Assembly (NCBI GenBank): GCA_041478145.1
Contig: JBGOVO010000001.1
Location: 5,702 to 69,701 of the forward strand
DNA: 64,000 nucleotides
Direction of reading: 5' to 3'
Source: Candidatus Methylomirabilia bacterium
GTDB taxonomy: Bacteria; Methylomirabilota; Methylomirabilia; Rokubacteriales; CSP1-6
Made by a program: the position numbers and the translations under genes. Shown in pieces: positions 32,202 to 40,510 of this stretch. Numbering within the stretch: the first letter of the stretch is position 1; every line of letters starts with the position of its first letter. The notes beneath the pieces were generated by a model. That model was not told the origin of the DNA. It was given only the letters and a program-made list of their open reading frames with translations, and ran no database searches.

Positions 32202-33472
32202 CGCAGCGGGTGCTCATGGTCGCCTTCCACTACCCACCCTGCGTCGGGAGCAGCGGCGTCCATCGCACGCTCAAGTTCTCCCGCTACCTGCTGGATCACG
32301 CCTGGCAGCCCGTCGTCCTGACCGCGAACCCTCGCGCCTATGCCCAGCGCGCCGAGCACCAGCTCGCCGAGATACCCGCGGCGGTGGCGGTCGCGCGCGC
32401 ATTCGCACTGGACTCGCGCCGCCACCTGGCGATCCGCGGCTCCAGCCTGCGGCTCACCGCCCTGCCGGATGCCTGGTCGAGCTGGTGGCTCGGAGCGATT
32501 CCGGCCGGGCTCCGCCTGATCCGCCGGTACCGTCCCGCCGCACTCTGGTCCACGTATCCGATCGCCACTGCGCATCTGATCGGCTTGACGCTCCACCGGC
32601 TCACCCGGATCCCCTGGGTCGCCGACTTCCGCGACTCGATGACCGAGGAGTTCTCCCCTTCGGATCCGGCGACCCGGCGAGCGTTTCTCTGGATCGAGCG
32701 GCACACCGTCCGCGCCGCGGCCCGGCTGGTCTTCACCGCGCCGTCGACGAAGCGCATGTACCTCGACCGCTACCCCGGCCTACCCGCGTCGCGCTGCCTC
32801 GTCATCTCGAACGGCTACGACGAGACCGACTTCGCCGGTCTCCTGCCCTCGACGCCTCCGACACCGGCCCCGCTCCGGCTCATCCACGCCGGCGTGATCT
32901 ACGAGTTCGAGCGGGACCCGCGGCCCTTCTTCCGCGCCCTTGCGCGGCTTCGCCGGGAGGGGCGGGTCGGCGCGCAGAGCCTCCGCGTAGAGCTGAGGGG
33001 ATCGGGGACAGACGCTTACTGCGCCCGCCTCATCCGCGAGCTCGGGATCGACGACTTCGTGCACGTCCTCCCCGCGCTCCCGTACCACGAGAGCCTCGAG
33101 GACTGCATGACGGCCAGCGCCCTTCTCCTCCTCCAGGGGGAGAGCTGCAATCACCAGATCCCGGCGAAGGCGTACGAGTATCTCCGCCTCGGCAAGCCGA
33201 TCCTCGCGTTGACGTCGGCCACCGGGGACACCGCCGGGCTCCTCACCGAATGCGGTGGCAGCACGATCGAGGATCTGGCGGACGAAGAGGCCATCTACCG
33301 GATCCTGCCGGGGTTTCTCGACTCGCTGCGCGCTGGCACCCACGCTCTGCCCGAGCCCGCGCGGGCCGGGCGCTATGCGCGGCACAGCCAAGCGCGGGAC
33401 CTGGCCGCCTGTCTGTCCGAGGTTGCCGCGGCGCGGAGGGACGGCGCCGCCGTCGGAGTCGGCGATGGGTGA
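32198..33472 (+). CDS. glycosyltransferase (GT-B fold, GT4-like)
   Basis: VLMVAFHYPPCVGSSGVHRTLKFSRYLLDHAWQPVVLT N-terminus and a C-terminal GT-B half. A GTG start overlaps the upstream stop. Confidence 0.6.
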   Translation: MTQRVLMVAFHYPPCVGSSGVHRTLKFSRYLLDHAWQPVVLTANPRAYAQRAEHQLAEIPAAVAVARAFALDSRRHLAIRGSSLRLTALPDAWSSWWLGAIPAGLRLIRRYRPAALWSTYPIATAHLIGLTLHRLTRIPWVADFRDSMTEEFSPSDPATRRAFLWIERHTVRAAARLVFTAPSTKRMYLDRYPGLPASRCLVISNGYDETDFAGLLPSTPPTPAPLRLIHAGVIYEFERDPRPFFRALARLRREGRVGAQSLRVELRGSGTDAYCARLIRELGIDDFVHVLPALPYHESLEDCMTASALLLLQGESCNHQIPAKAYEYLRLGKPILALTSATGDTAGLLTECGGSTIEDLADEEAIYRILPGFLDSLRAGTHALPEPARAGRYARHSQARDLAACLSEVAAARRDGAAVGVGDG

Positions 33473-33479
33473 GCTGCTC

Positions 33480-34664
33480 TCAGGCCGTGCGGCCAGCTCC
33501 GGCGACCCGGCGGATCCCCTCGACGATGAGCTCCAGATCGCGTCGCCTGAGGTTCTGATGGACCGGCAGCATCACCAGGTTGTCGTAGAGGAAGTCGGCC
33601 CGCGGGAACTGCTCCCGCGAGATATCGGGTGGGCGGACGCCGTCCCAGGCCACGGCGGGAATACCCAATCGGCGGAGGTCGAGGTGCGCCTTCGGGCGTC
33701 CCTCGAAGAGCATCGGGTAGACCCACGGGCAGACGCCCTCCTCCAGCCGCGGAAACAGCGCCCGCGCTCCCATGACGTCCTGCGTGTGCTTGGACACGAA
33801 CTGGTAGTGCTCTCTCCGCCGCTGTCGGATCGCCTCGACGTCGGCGTGAGCGAGCAGCCAGCGGGAAGGGCGGCTCATCGGCAGGTTCAGCCGGCTCCGC
33901 TCGAACCAGCGGCACTCCTCGGCAGCGCCTGCGACCGCCGGCCGGGCCCCGCCCCGTCGGAGGAGCGCCTTGGGCCGCTGCAGCCATTTGTACACCGCGT
34001 TGACCTTGGTCCACTCCGTCCAGGTCATCGTACGATCGCACAGGTCCTTCGCGACCTGGAGCGTGTGCAGCGCGGTTTCCCGCTGCCACCTCACGGCGAC
34101 GGGACGCTCCGGCACGTTGACGATCAGCGTCGCGCCGTCATCGACGGGCAAGAGCTTCGGCCAGCTGAAGACCGCCAGCTCGCCGACCCGTCCGAGCGTC
34201 GGTTCGCCGCCCGCCCTCGGCAGTACGTGCGCGCAATCCTCGAGGAGCACGAGCCGGTGCCGGTTACAGAGCTCGCGGAGCGCGTCGAGCCGCTGCGGGA
34301 ATCCGAAGTAGTGGACGCACATCACCGCCCGCGTCCTCGGCTGTATCTTCCGCTCGAGCGCCCCGACGTCCACGCTGCAGTCGTCGCGCACGTCGTGGAA
34401 GTCCACCGTCGCGCCGAGCGCCATCACCGGCTTGACGGCGGCGATGCAGAGATACGCGGGGACGAGCACCCGGTCACCCGCCCCGATGCCCAGCGCCGCG
34501 AGCCCGTGGTAGATGGCATTCCTCGCCAGCAGGAACTGATACGAGCGGGACGTCCCGCCTTCGGGACGAGGCTCCTTCCGGCCGGCCCAGCGCACGAACT
34601 CCAGCGACGGATACTGCCGGATCGGCATGACGAAGGCGTCGTTCCCCGTATCCATCTCGCCCAT
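33480..34664 (-). CDS. DegT/DnrJ/EryC1/StrS-family PLP-dependent sugar aminotransferase
   Basis: ALAALGIGAGDRVLVPAYLCIAAVKPVMALGATVDFHDV and VMCVHYFGFPQ motifs of the AAT-I sugar aminotransferases. Convergent with the upstream GT, only 7 bp apart. Confidence 0.8.
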   Translation of the reverse strand: MGEMDTGNDAFVMPIRQYPSLEFVRWAGRKEPRPEGGTSRSYQFLLARNAIYHGLAALGIGAGDRVLVPAYLCIAAVKPVMALGATVDFHDVRDDCSVDVGALERKIQPRTRAVMCVHYFGFPQRLDALRELCNRHRLVLLEDCAHVLPRAGGEPTLGRVGELAVFSWPKLLPVDDGATLIVNVPERPVAVRWQRETALHTLQVAKDLCDRTMTWTEWTKVNAVYKWLQRPKALLRRGGARPAVAGAAEECRWFERSRLNLPMSRPSRWLLAHADVEAIRQRRREHYQFVSKHTQDVMGARALFPRLEEGVCPWVYPMLFEGRPKAHLDLRRLGIPAVAWDGVRPPDISREQFPRADFLYDNLVMLPVHQNLRRRDLELIVEGIRRVAGAGRTA

Positions 34665-34689
34665 AGTACCTCAGCGGGTTTCGCCCACC

Positions 34690-35751
34690 ATGGCGATCGA
34701 CCTCGTCACTGACGAAGACGCGCTGCTGCGTCTCGAGAACGACTGGGAGTCGCTCCTCGCCGACTCCGCGCACCCGTCCATCTTCATGTCGTTCGACTAT
34801 CAGTACGCGGGCTGGAAGACCTTTCATCGTCCGCACTCGGAGCCGTTCGTCGTCTCGGTGCGTGACGCCCGGGGCGGGCTGATCGGGCTGGTGCCGTTCC
34901 GGAGCTCTCGCGACCGCGGCTCGTGGGTGCGCTGGCGGAGCCTCACCTACCTCGCCTCTTTCGAGATCGACCGCCCCGCTCCACTCATCCGCCTGGGATC
35001 CGAAGCCGAGTTCTGGGCGGCTCTCCAGCGTTTCCTCGCGGACGCGGGCGGCGGCTGGGACGTCCTCCGGATGCCGGAGCTGCCCGCGGACCAGGTGGCG
35101 GCCGCCCTGGCGGCGTTCAGCTCGCCGCGGCAGCGCTTCACGGCCTCGCCCGGCCCCTCCGCCATCGGCGTCGACCTGCGGCCGTCCTGGGACGAGTTCA
35201 TCGGGCAGCACCGGAACCTCCGGAAGCACGTCCGGGGGGTCGAGCGGAAGGTGCCCGGGCTCGACGTCTGGCTCTACGACGATCCCAGCCGGATTCTCGA
35301 GGGCTTCGCCCTCTTCACGGAGGTCGAGAGCCGGAGCTGGAAGGCGGGCAAGGTCGGCGTCTCGAAGGACGCCCGTCATACGGAGTTCTACCGTGATCTT
35401 CTCCAGCGCCTGGTCCGCCGCAAGCGGGTCGCCGTCCGGATCCTGGCCGCGGGAGACCAGCCGGTCGCGGGCGACATCACCTACACGCTCGGGCGGCGCG
35501 TGTTCTTCCATCACGGCACGTACGACCAGGCCTACGCCGACTGGTCCCCCGGTACCTTCCTCACCTGCCGCCTCTTCCAGGACTACATGGACTGCGGCTA
35601 CGACTCGGGGGACTTCCTCTGCGGCTTCGCGGACTACATGCGACCGTGGTGCACCATCGAATGGCACACCACGAACGTGATGATCACCCGGGAGTCCGGT
35701 CTCATGCGCCTCAGCCGGCTCGCCCAGCGCCTCAAGGCGCCCCGGTCATGA
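34690..35751 (+). CDS. CelD/BioF2-like GNAT-fold acyltransferase (second paralog)
   Basis: Same architecture as the 31125 gene (FMSFDYQYAGWKTF...). Internal ATG at 34690. Divergent from the DegT gene across about 25 bp. Confidence 0.5.
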   Translation: MAIDLVTDEDALLRLENDWESLLADSAHPSIFMSFDYQYAGWKTFHRPHSEPFVVSVRDARGGLIGLVPFRSSRDRGSWVRWRSLTYLASFEIDRPAPLIRLGSEAEFWAALQRFLADAGGGWDVLRMPELPADQVAAALAAFSSPRQRFTASPGPSAIGVDLRPSWDEFIGQHRNLRKHVRGVERKVPGLDVWLYDDPSRILEGFALFTEVESRSWKAGKVGVSKDARHTEFYRDLLQRLVRRKRVAVRILAAGDQPVAGDITYTLGRRVFFHHGTYDQAYADWSPGTFLTCRLFQDYMDCGYDSGDFLCGFADYMRPWCTIEWHTTNVMITRESGLMRLSRLAQRLKAPRS

Positions 35752-36794
35752 CGGAGCCCACGGCACTCTCACTCTCGGGCGTCTCGGTGGTCATTCCGAC
35801 CCACAATCGGGCCGCCCTCGTCACCCGCGCGGTCGCTTCGGCGCTCGCCCAGTGCCGCGAGGGCGACGAGGTGATCGTCGTGGACGACGATTCCCAAGAC
35901 GAGACCGAGGCGCGCCTCGCGCCCTATCGCGACCGGATCGTGTATCGGCGGGTCGCTCATGGTGGCGCCGGAAGAGCCCGAAATGTCGGGGTCGAACTCG
36001 CCAGGAACCCGCTCGTCGCCTTCCTGGACTCCGATGACGAATGGGTGCCCGGCAAGCTGGACATCCAGCGCGCGCTCCTGGCTGCACGGCCCGACGTTCT
36101 CTTCTGCTTCACCGATCAGATGTATCGCCAGCCATCCGGGCAGGAGTTCCACGGCGTCCTGCGCTACCTGTGCGGGGACGACTGGATGCGCGAGGACTGT
36201 GCGCCCGCGTTCCCCTTGTCGTCGATCGTGCGGCTGCCCGAAGGGCAGCCGGAGATCTCCGTCTACATCGGCGATGTCTATCCCAAGCAGATGGAAAAGG
36301 AGTTGCCTTCGGTGGTCACGCTAGTCTACCGTCGGGAGGCCGCGGGCGAATCGGTCCGGTTCCCCGAGGACCTCGAGACCCGGGAGGACTGGGAGTTTGT
36401 CGGGCGTCTGGCCCGGCAAGGCCTCGCCGCCTATCTGGACTACGAGGCGGCGATCGTGCACCAGCACAGCGGGCCACAGCTCACCAAGCTCGACAACGCG
36501 CTGCTCGTCCCGGCTCGCCTGACGCTGCTGCAGCGCGTGTGGGGGTCCGACGAAAAGTTCCTGAGAGAGCACGGCCAGCGCTATCGGCAGGTGCTCGACC
36601 AGCTACGACTGCAGCGGGCCCGGGATCTCCTGGGCTTTGGCCGCGCTGGAGAGGCACGGGAGGAACTCAGGCAGATTCGCCAAACACCGATCGCCCTTCG
36701 GCTGTTGAGTCATATTCCCGGGATCTTTACGCGCGAGCTGGTTCGGGCGCGACGGTATCTCCGGAGTAGGCTGCGGGCCAGGGACGGGCGCTGA
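35748..36794 (+). CDS. glycosyltransferase family 2
   Basis: VSVVIPTHNRAALVTRAVASALAQ...VIVVDDDSQDET...LDSDDEW: GT-A fold with DxD-type motifs. Confidence 0.75.
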   Translation: MTEPTALSLSGVSVVIPTHNRAALVTRAVASALAQCREGDEVIVVDDDSQDETEARLAPYRDRIVYRRVAHGGAGRARNVGVELARNPLVAFLDSDDEWVPGKLDIQRALLAARPDVLFCFTDQMYRQPSGQEFHGVLRYLCGDDWMREDCAPAFPLSSIVRLPEGQPEISVYIGDVYPKQMEKELPSVVTLVYRREAAGESVRFPEDLETREDWEFVGRLARQGLAAYLDYEAAIVHQHSGPQLTKLDNALLVPARLTLLQRVWGSDEKFLREHGQRYRQVLDQLRLQRARDLLGFGRAGEAREELRQIRQTPIALRLLSHIPGIFTRELVRARRYLRSRLRARDGR

Positions 36795-36833
36795 GCGACG
36801 TGACCGAGGTGCATCCGTGATCCGGAGAGTCCA

Positions 36834-38210
36834 ATGCGCGTCACAATGATCGGCCATGCCGCGTTGCTGTGCGAGACGGAAGACCTCCGCATTCTGATGG
36901 ACCCGTGGATCGCGGGCCCGGCCAACTTTAGGAGCTGGTGGCATGTCCCCGAGGTGTGTCATGAGGTCGCGCGACTGCCGCGCGTCGACTACATTTACAT
37001 CTCCCATCTTCACGGAGACCACTTTCACGAGGCCACGCTGGCTCAGCTCACACAACGGCCGACGGTGCTGGTGCCCCGCCTATACCACGACCGGATGGTA
37101 ACCAAACTTCGCCGACTTGGGTTCACGAGTATCCGCGAGCTCCCCCACGGAGCGGAAGTAGGGCTGAGCGCCAGGACGCGCGTCTGCTGCACGCAGATGG
37201 GCAACGACAGCGTGATCGCGGTGGCAGACTCGTCGGCGGCCATGCTGAACGCCAACGATGCTTTGCAGGGATCGCGCCCAGACATCAAGCTGCCGCTCTT
37301 GCGCACGCTCAGTCAGCGCTATCGGTTCGATATCGCGTTTCTGGCTTTCGGGACCGCGGGGGCTTTTCCGAAGTGCTACCGCATCGAGGACATGTCGCCG
37401 AAGAGCATGGATCCCTGGCGGAAGGAACGGGCCATGCTGAGCAACTTCGTGACGGGAGTCAAGACGATCAATCCCAAGAGCGTCGTGCCCTTCGCCGGGG
37501 GCTTTGCTCTTTTGGCCGATCGCGTGATGTGGATGAACGAAGCCAAGACGACACCGGCGGACGCCCTGGCCGCCCTCGCCGAGGCGAAACTCTCCACGAC
37601 CGGCTTCGAGATGAACCCGGGCGATATCTGGGACAGCCGGGAGGGTCTTCTGCAGGTCCATCCGGCAGTGGACTGGACTCGGCGTCTGGATGTGATCCGG
37701 GAAATGCAGAGCACGCGGGCGGTCGAGGTGGCCCGAATCGAGGCCGATGATCGGCAGGGACCGGCGGACCTCTACGAAATCTTCCAGCGTCGGCTCAGTC
37801 AGAATGTACGCCGGTTCCCTCTTCTGCGGCGGCGGATGGACTGCTCGGTGCTCTTCGTTGTCGAGGGTGAGCCGGGAGGGCTGTGGGAAGTCGACCTCCG
37901 GAGACCATCCGGCTGGTTCCGGAACGGTGATTCAGGAGATTGGTCCCTGCGCGTGACCATTCCGGCGGGGCTCCTCGCCAGCGTGCTGAGTGACCCGGAC
38001 GGCTGGGAAACGCTGGGCATCGCCTATAAGCTCGACCTCTACATCCGGAAGGGGGCGCGCGCCAAGGAGGGGCTCCTCGATCGCTTGATCAATACACCCT
38101 CGCCGTTCTGGTTTCTTAAGGCGGTGCTGGCTCCTCGCTTCGCCGAGTTCGTGATTCACCGTCGGCTCGAGTTCTCGCAGATCCTCCGCGAGAAGATTTC
38201 GGGAACGTGA
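36834..38210 (+). CDS. MBL-fold metallo-hydrolase (function unknown)
   Basis: HxHxDH zinc-binding motif (YISHLHGDHFH). 458 aa. Local GC is noticeably lower than the flanking genes. Confidence 0.6.
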   Translation: MRVTMIGHAALLCETEDLRILMDPWIAGPANFRSWWHVPEVCHEVARLPRVDYIYISHLHGDHFHEATLAQLTQRPTVLVPRLYHDRMVTKLRRLGFTSIRELPHGAEVGLSARTRVCCTQMGNDSVIAVADSSAAMLNANDALQGSRPDIKLPLLRTLSQRYRFDIAFLAFGTAGAFPKCYRIEDMSPKSMDPWRKERAMLSNFVTGVKTINPKSVVPFAGGFALLADRVMWMNEAKTTPADALAALAEAKLSTTGFEMNPGDIWDSREGLLQVHPAVDWTRRLDVIREMQSTRAVEVARIEADDRQGPADLYEIFQRRLSQNVRRFPLLRRRMDCSVLFVVEGEPGGLWEVDLRRPSGWFRNGDSGDWSLRVTIPAGLLASVLSDPDGWETLGIAYKLDLYIRKGARAKEGLLDRLINTPSPFWFLKAVLAPRFAEFVIHRRLEFSQILREKISGT

Positions 38211-38247
38211 CGCGGAGCCACCGCGCGTCTTGAGGACATCGGATGCC

Positions 38248-38264
38248 CCTGTTCCGGGAACAGG
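38248..38264. promoter_or_regulatory. perfect 17-bp palindrome CCTGTTCC-G-GGAACAGG after the MBL-hydrolase gene
   Basis: Lies 38 nt after stop codon 38210, within the 158-bp gap before the secreted Cys-rich gene. It could be a terminator stem or an operator. Confidence 0.3.
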
Positions 38265-38368
38265 TACACTGCTTGTCTGGCCAGTCCCTGTATACTCGCC
38301 ATGCGTGTTAACCAATTTGGATGCGGCGGGGAGCGTCCTTTCCGTTGAGCCGGTCGAGGAGGTATTCA

Positions 38369-39445
38369 ATGCGTTGGGGGTTCCTTTTTCTGACAGTCTT
38401 GGTCGTCTCGGTCGTTTTCATGGGGGCAAGTGGCTCGACGCAGCGACTCCCGCTGGGTGACTGCTCGTCCGAACCTGGTCTCGCCGGGCGCTCGGACATC
38501 GTGTTCTGCGAGCCATGGGAGTCGCCGACGTGGTGGCGGCAAGGGTATTTACGCGACGGGCGGGTGGATCGTCCCTTGCCGGCGAGACCGGAAGAGCTCG
38601 TCGACGCCACGCTCGAGGGCAATGGGTGCGTTTCCGGGAAGTGTCTCCGTCTCACGATGAAGCAGTTCGAGACAACGGCCCTGAACCTTTACTGGCCCCT
38701 GAAGAACGCCGGGCTCCGGCCCGAGCAGCTCTATTTGCGGTACTACCTCAAGTTGGGGCCCACTTGGGATAACGAGAACTGCCGCGAGGTGAACGGCAAG
38801 CCGGTGCCAGAGGATGCGGGAGGAAAATTCCCCGGCCTCGCCGATATCCGCAACGACGGCGACCAGGCGGGTCAATGCGGTTATGGCGGAGAGCCCGGTG
38901 ACGGCATCGACTGCTGGTCCCACCGGGCCTACTTCCGCGACTGCTACAGCGGCAGCACCGGGAACCAGATCTGTCGGACGGTTCCGGGAGCGATCACTCG
39001 CTACGGGGGGTACGTCTATTTCGCGGGTCAGGAGGGCTTCACGGGCAACCCGGCCATCTGGGACAGCGATCCCTGGGGCCAGGCGTTTGGACGGGGCGGC
39101 TCGTGCGCCACCGATCCCACGGATCTCTTCTGCCCCGTCGGCCGCAACGCGGGCGTGCTCGTTCGGGAGCGCTGGTACGCGCTTGAGCAGTTCATCAAGA
39201 TGAACACGCCGGGCAAAGCCGACGGCGTCATCCGCGGGTGGGTGGACGGGGTCCTGGCCTATGAAAAGACCAACATGATTTTTCGGCTGCCCGGCCACCA
39301 CGGGCTGCACATCCGGCAGCTCTGGCTCGACGTCTACAAGGGCGGCGTCTATGGAGGATGCCGCGACGGCGAGGTGTGGCTGGACCAGCTCGTGCTCGCC
39401 ACTAACGCGCCGATCGGGCCGATCAAGCGGCCCGTCTCGCGCTGA
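38369..39445 (+). CDS. secreted cysteine-rich protein, possible beta-jelly-roll polysaccharide lyase/hydrolase-like (hypothetical)
   Basis: Signal peptide MRWGFLFLTVLVVSVVFMGASG, preceded by a GGAGG RBS 8 nt upstream of ATG 38369. Many Cys residues, and a C-terminal WYALEQFIKMNTPGKADGVIRGWVDG pattern reminiscent of lectin/lyase jelly rolls. Confidence 0.45.
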   Translation: MRWGFLFLTVLVVSVVFMGASGSTQRLPLGDCSSEPGLAGRSDIVFCEPWESPTWWRQGYLRDGRVDRPLPARPEELVDATLEGNGCVSGKCLRLTMKQFETTALNLYWPLKNAGLRPEQLYLRYYLKLGPTWDNENCREVNGKPVPEDAGGKFPGLADIRNDGDQAGQCGYGGEPGDGIDCWSHRAYFRDCYSGSTGNQICRTVPGAITRYGGYVYFAGQEGFTGNPAIWDSDPWGQAFGRGGSCATDPTDLFCPVGRNAGVLVRERWYALEQFIKMNTPGKADGVIRGWVDGVLAYEKTNMIFRLPGHHGLHIRQLWLDVYKGGVYGGCRDGEVWLDQLVLATNAPIGPIKRPVSR

Positions 39446-39451
39446 GGCTGC

Positions 39452-40498
39452 GTGACGATGGCCGCCGCCAGGGTTCCGGCCCTCCTCTTGCTCGCCACCG
39501 CCGCTCTGCTCCCGGCTGCGCCCCGGGCCGCCGCGGCCTCGGCCCTCGGCGACCTGGCCGCTTCCATGGCTCCCGGGACCTGGGCGGAGCTCAAGACGAA
39601 CGGGCTGACGCCGGCCCTCCTCCAGGTCCCGCGCCCCGTCATGATCTACAACGTGCTGGAGTACCAGAACAGCGGGGTCTGGGATCCTACCTCGCACCAG
39701 GTGCTCTTCGTGGGCGGGCCGCACGACGGCCTTGGGAAGTTCATCACCTACGACGAGCAGACCAATACCTGGCGGCAGGAGCCGGACCCGAAGCCAGAGG
39801 ACATGCTCGCGACCCACGGATACGACCACAACACGATCAATCCCAACACGGGTGAGCTGTACTTCCGTCCTTACGACAGCTCGAACATCTGGAAGTACCA
39901 CATCCCGACGAAGACGTGGAGCCGGCTGACGAGGATCCCGAACGAGGAGTACAACTGCTGTGGCGCCATCGAGTATTTTCCCGAGCGGAACGGCATCCTC
40001 TTCGTCGGCCGGAACGAGATCGAGTTCTACAGCTTCGGCTGGCGGAGCTGGTCCACGCCGTCCGCGACCATCAAGACGGGGCCGTACCATGCCACCGCGG
40101 AGTACAGCCCGGTGGACAAGGTCGTGGTGTTTGGGGGAGGCAGCGGCGTCAAGACCGTGTACGTCATGGACCAAAAGGGAGGCGTCAAGCGCGCCACCGA
40201 CTCCCCGTTCCCGCTCGACAGCGGAGGTCACGCCATTTTCACGGCGGACCCGGCCAGCGGGAAGTTCCTGCTCTTCGCCGAGGACGGGACCTTTCACGTT
40301 TACGATGCGGTCACCGATCGCTGGCAGCTCCAGAGCCAGCGGCCGCCCTTCTTCGACGTCGGACAATACGGCCCGGTGAGCTGCTCCATCGCGATCCCGA
40401 TCAGCACCCACGGCGTGGTGATGGTGCTCACCTACAATGCGCGCCGGCCCACGGTCTTTCTCTACAAGCACGCGGCCGGCCCCGCCGCGCCACGGTAA
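39452..40498 (+). CDS. secreted Kelch-like beta-propeller protein (hypothetical)
   Basis: Ala-rich signal peptide MTMAAARVPALLLLATAALLPAAPRAAAA. Repeated Kelch-like blades (ILFVGRNE, VVVFGGGSG, FLLFAEDGTFHVYD). Confidence 0.45.
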   Translation: MTMAAARVPALLLLATAALLPAAPRAAAASALGDLAASMAPGTWAELKTNGLTPALLQVPRPVMIYNVLEYQNSGVWDPTSHQVLFVGGPHDGLGKFITYDEQTNTWRQEPDPKPEDMLATHGYDHNTINPNTGELYFRPYDSSNIWKYHIPTKTWSRLTRIPNEEYNCCGAIEYFPERNGILFVGRNEIEFYSFGWRSWSTPSATIKTGPYHATAEYSPVDKVVVFGGGSGVKTVYVMDQKGGVKRATDSPFPLDSGGHAIFTADPASGKFLLFAEDGTFHVYDAVTDRWQLQSQRPPFFDVGQYGPVSCSIAIPISTHGVVMVLTYNARRPTVFLYKHAAGPAAPR

Positions 40499-40510
40499 GC
40501 CCGGAGCGTA

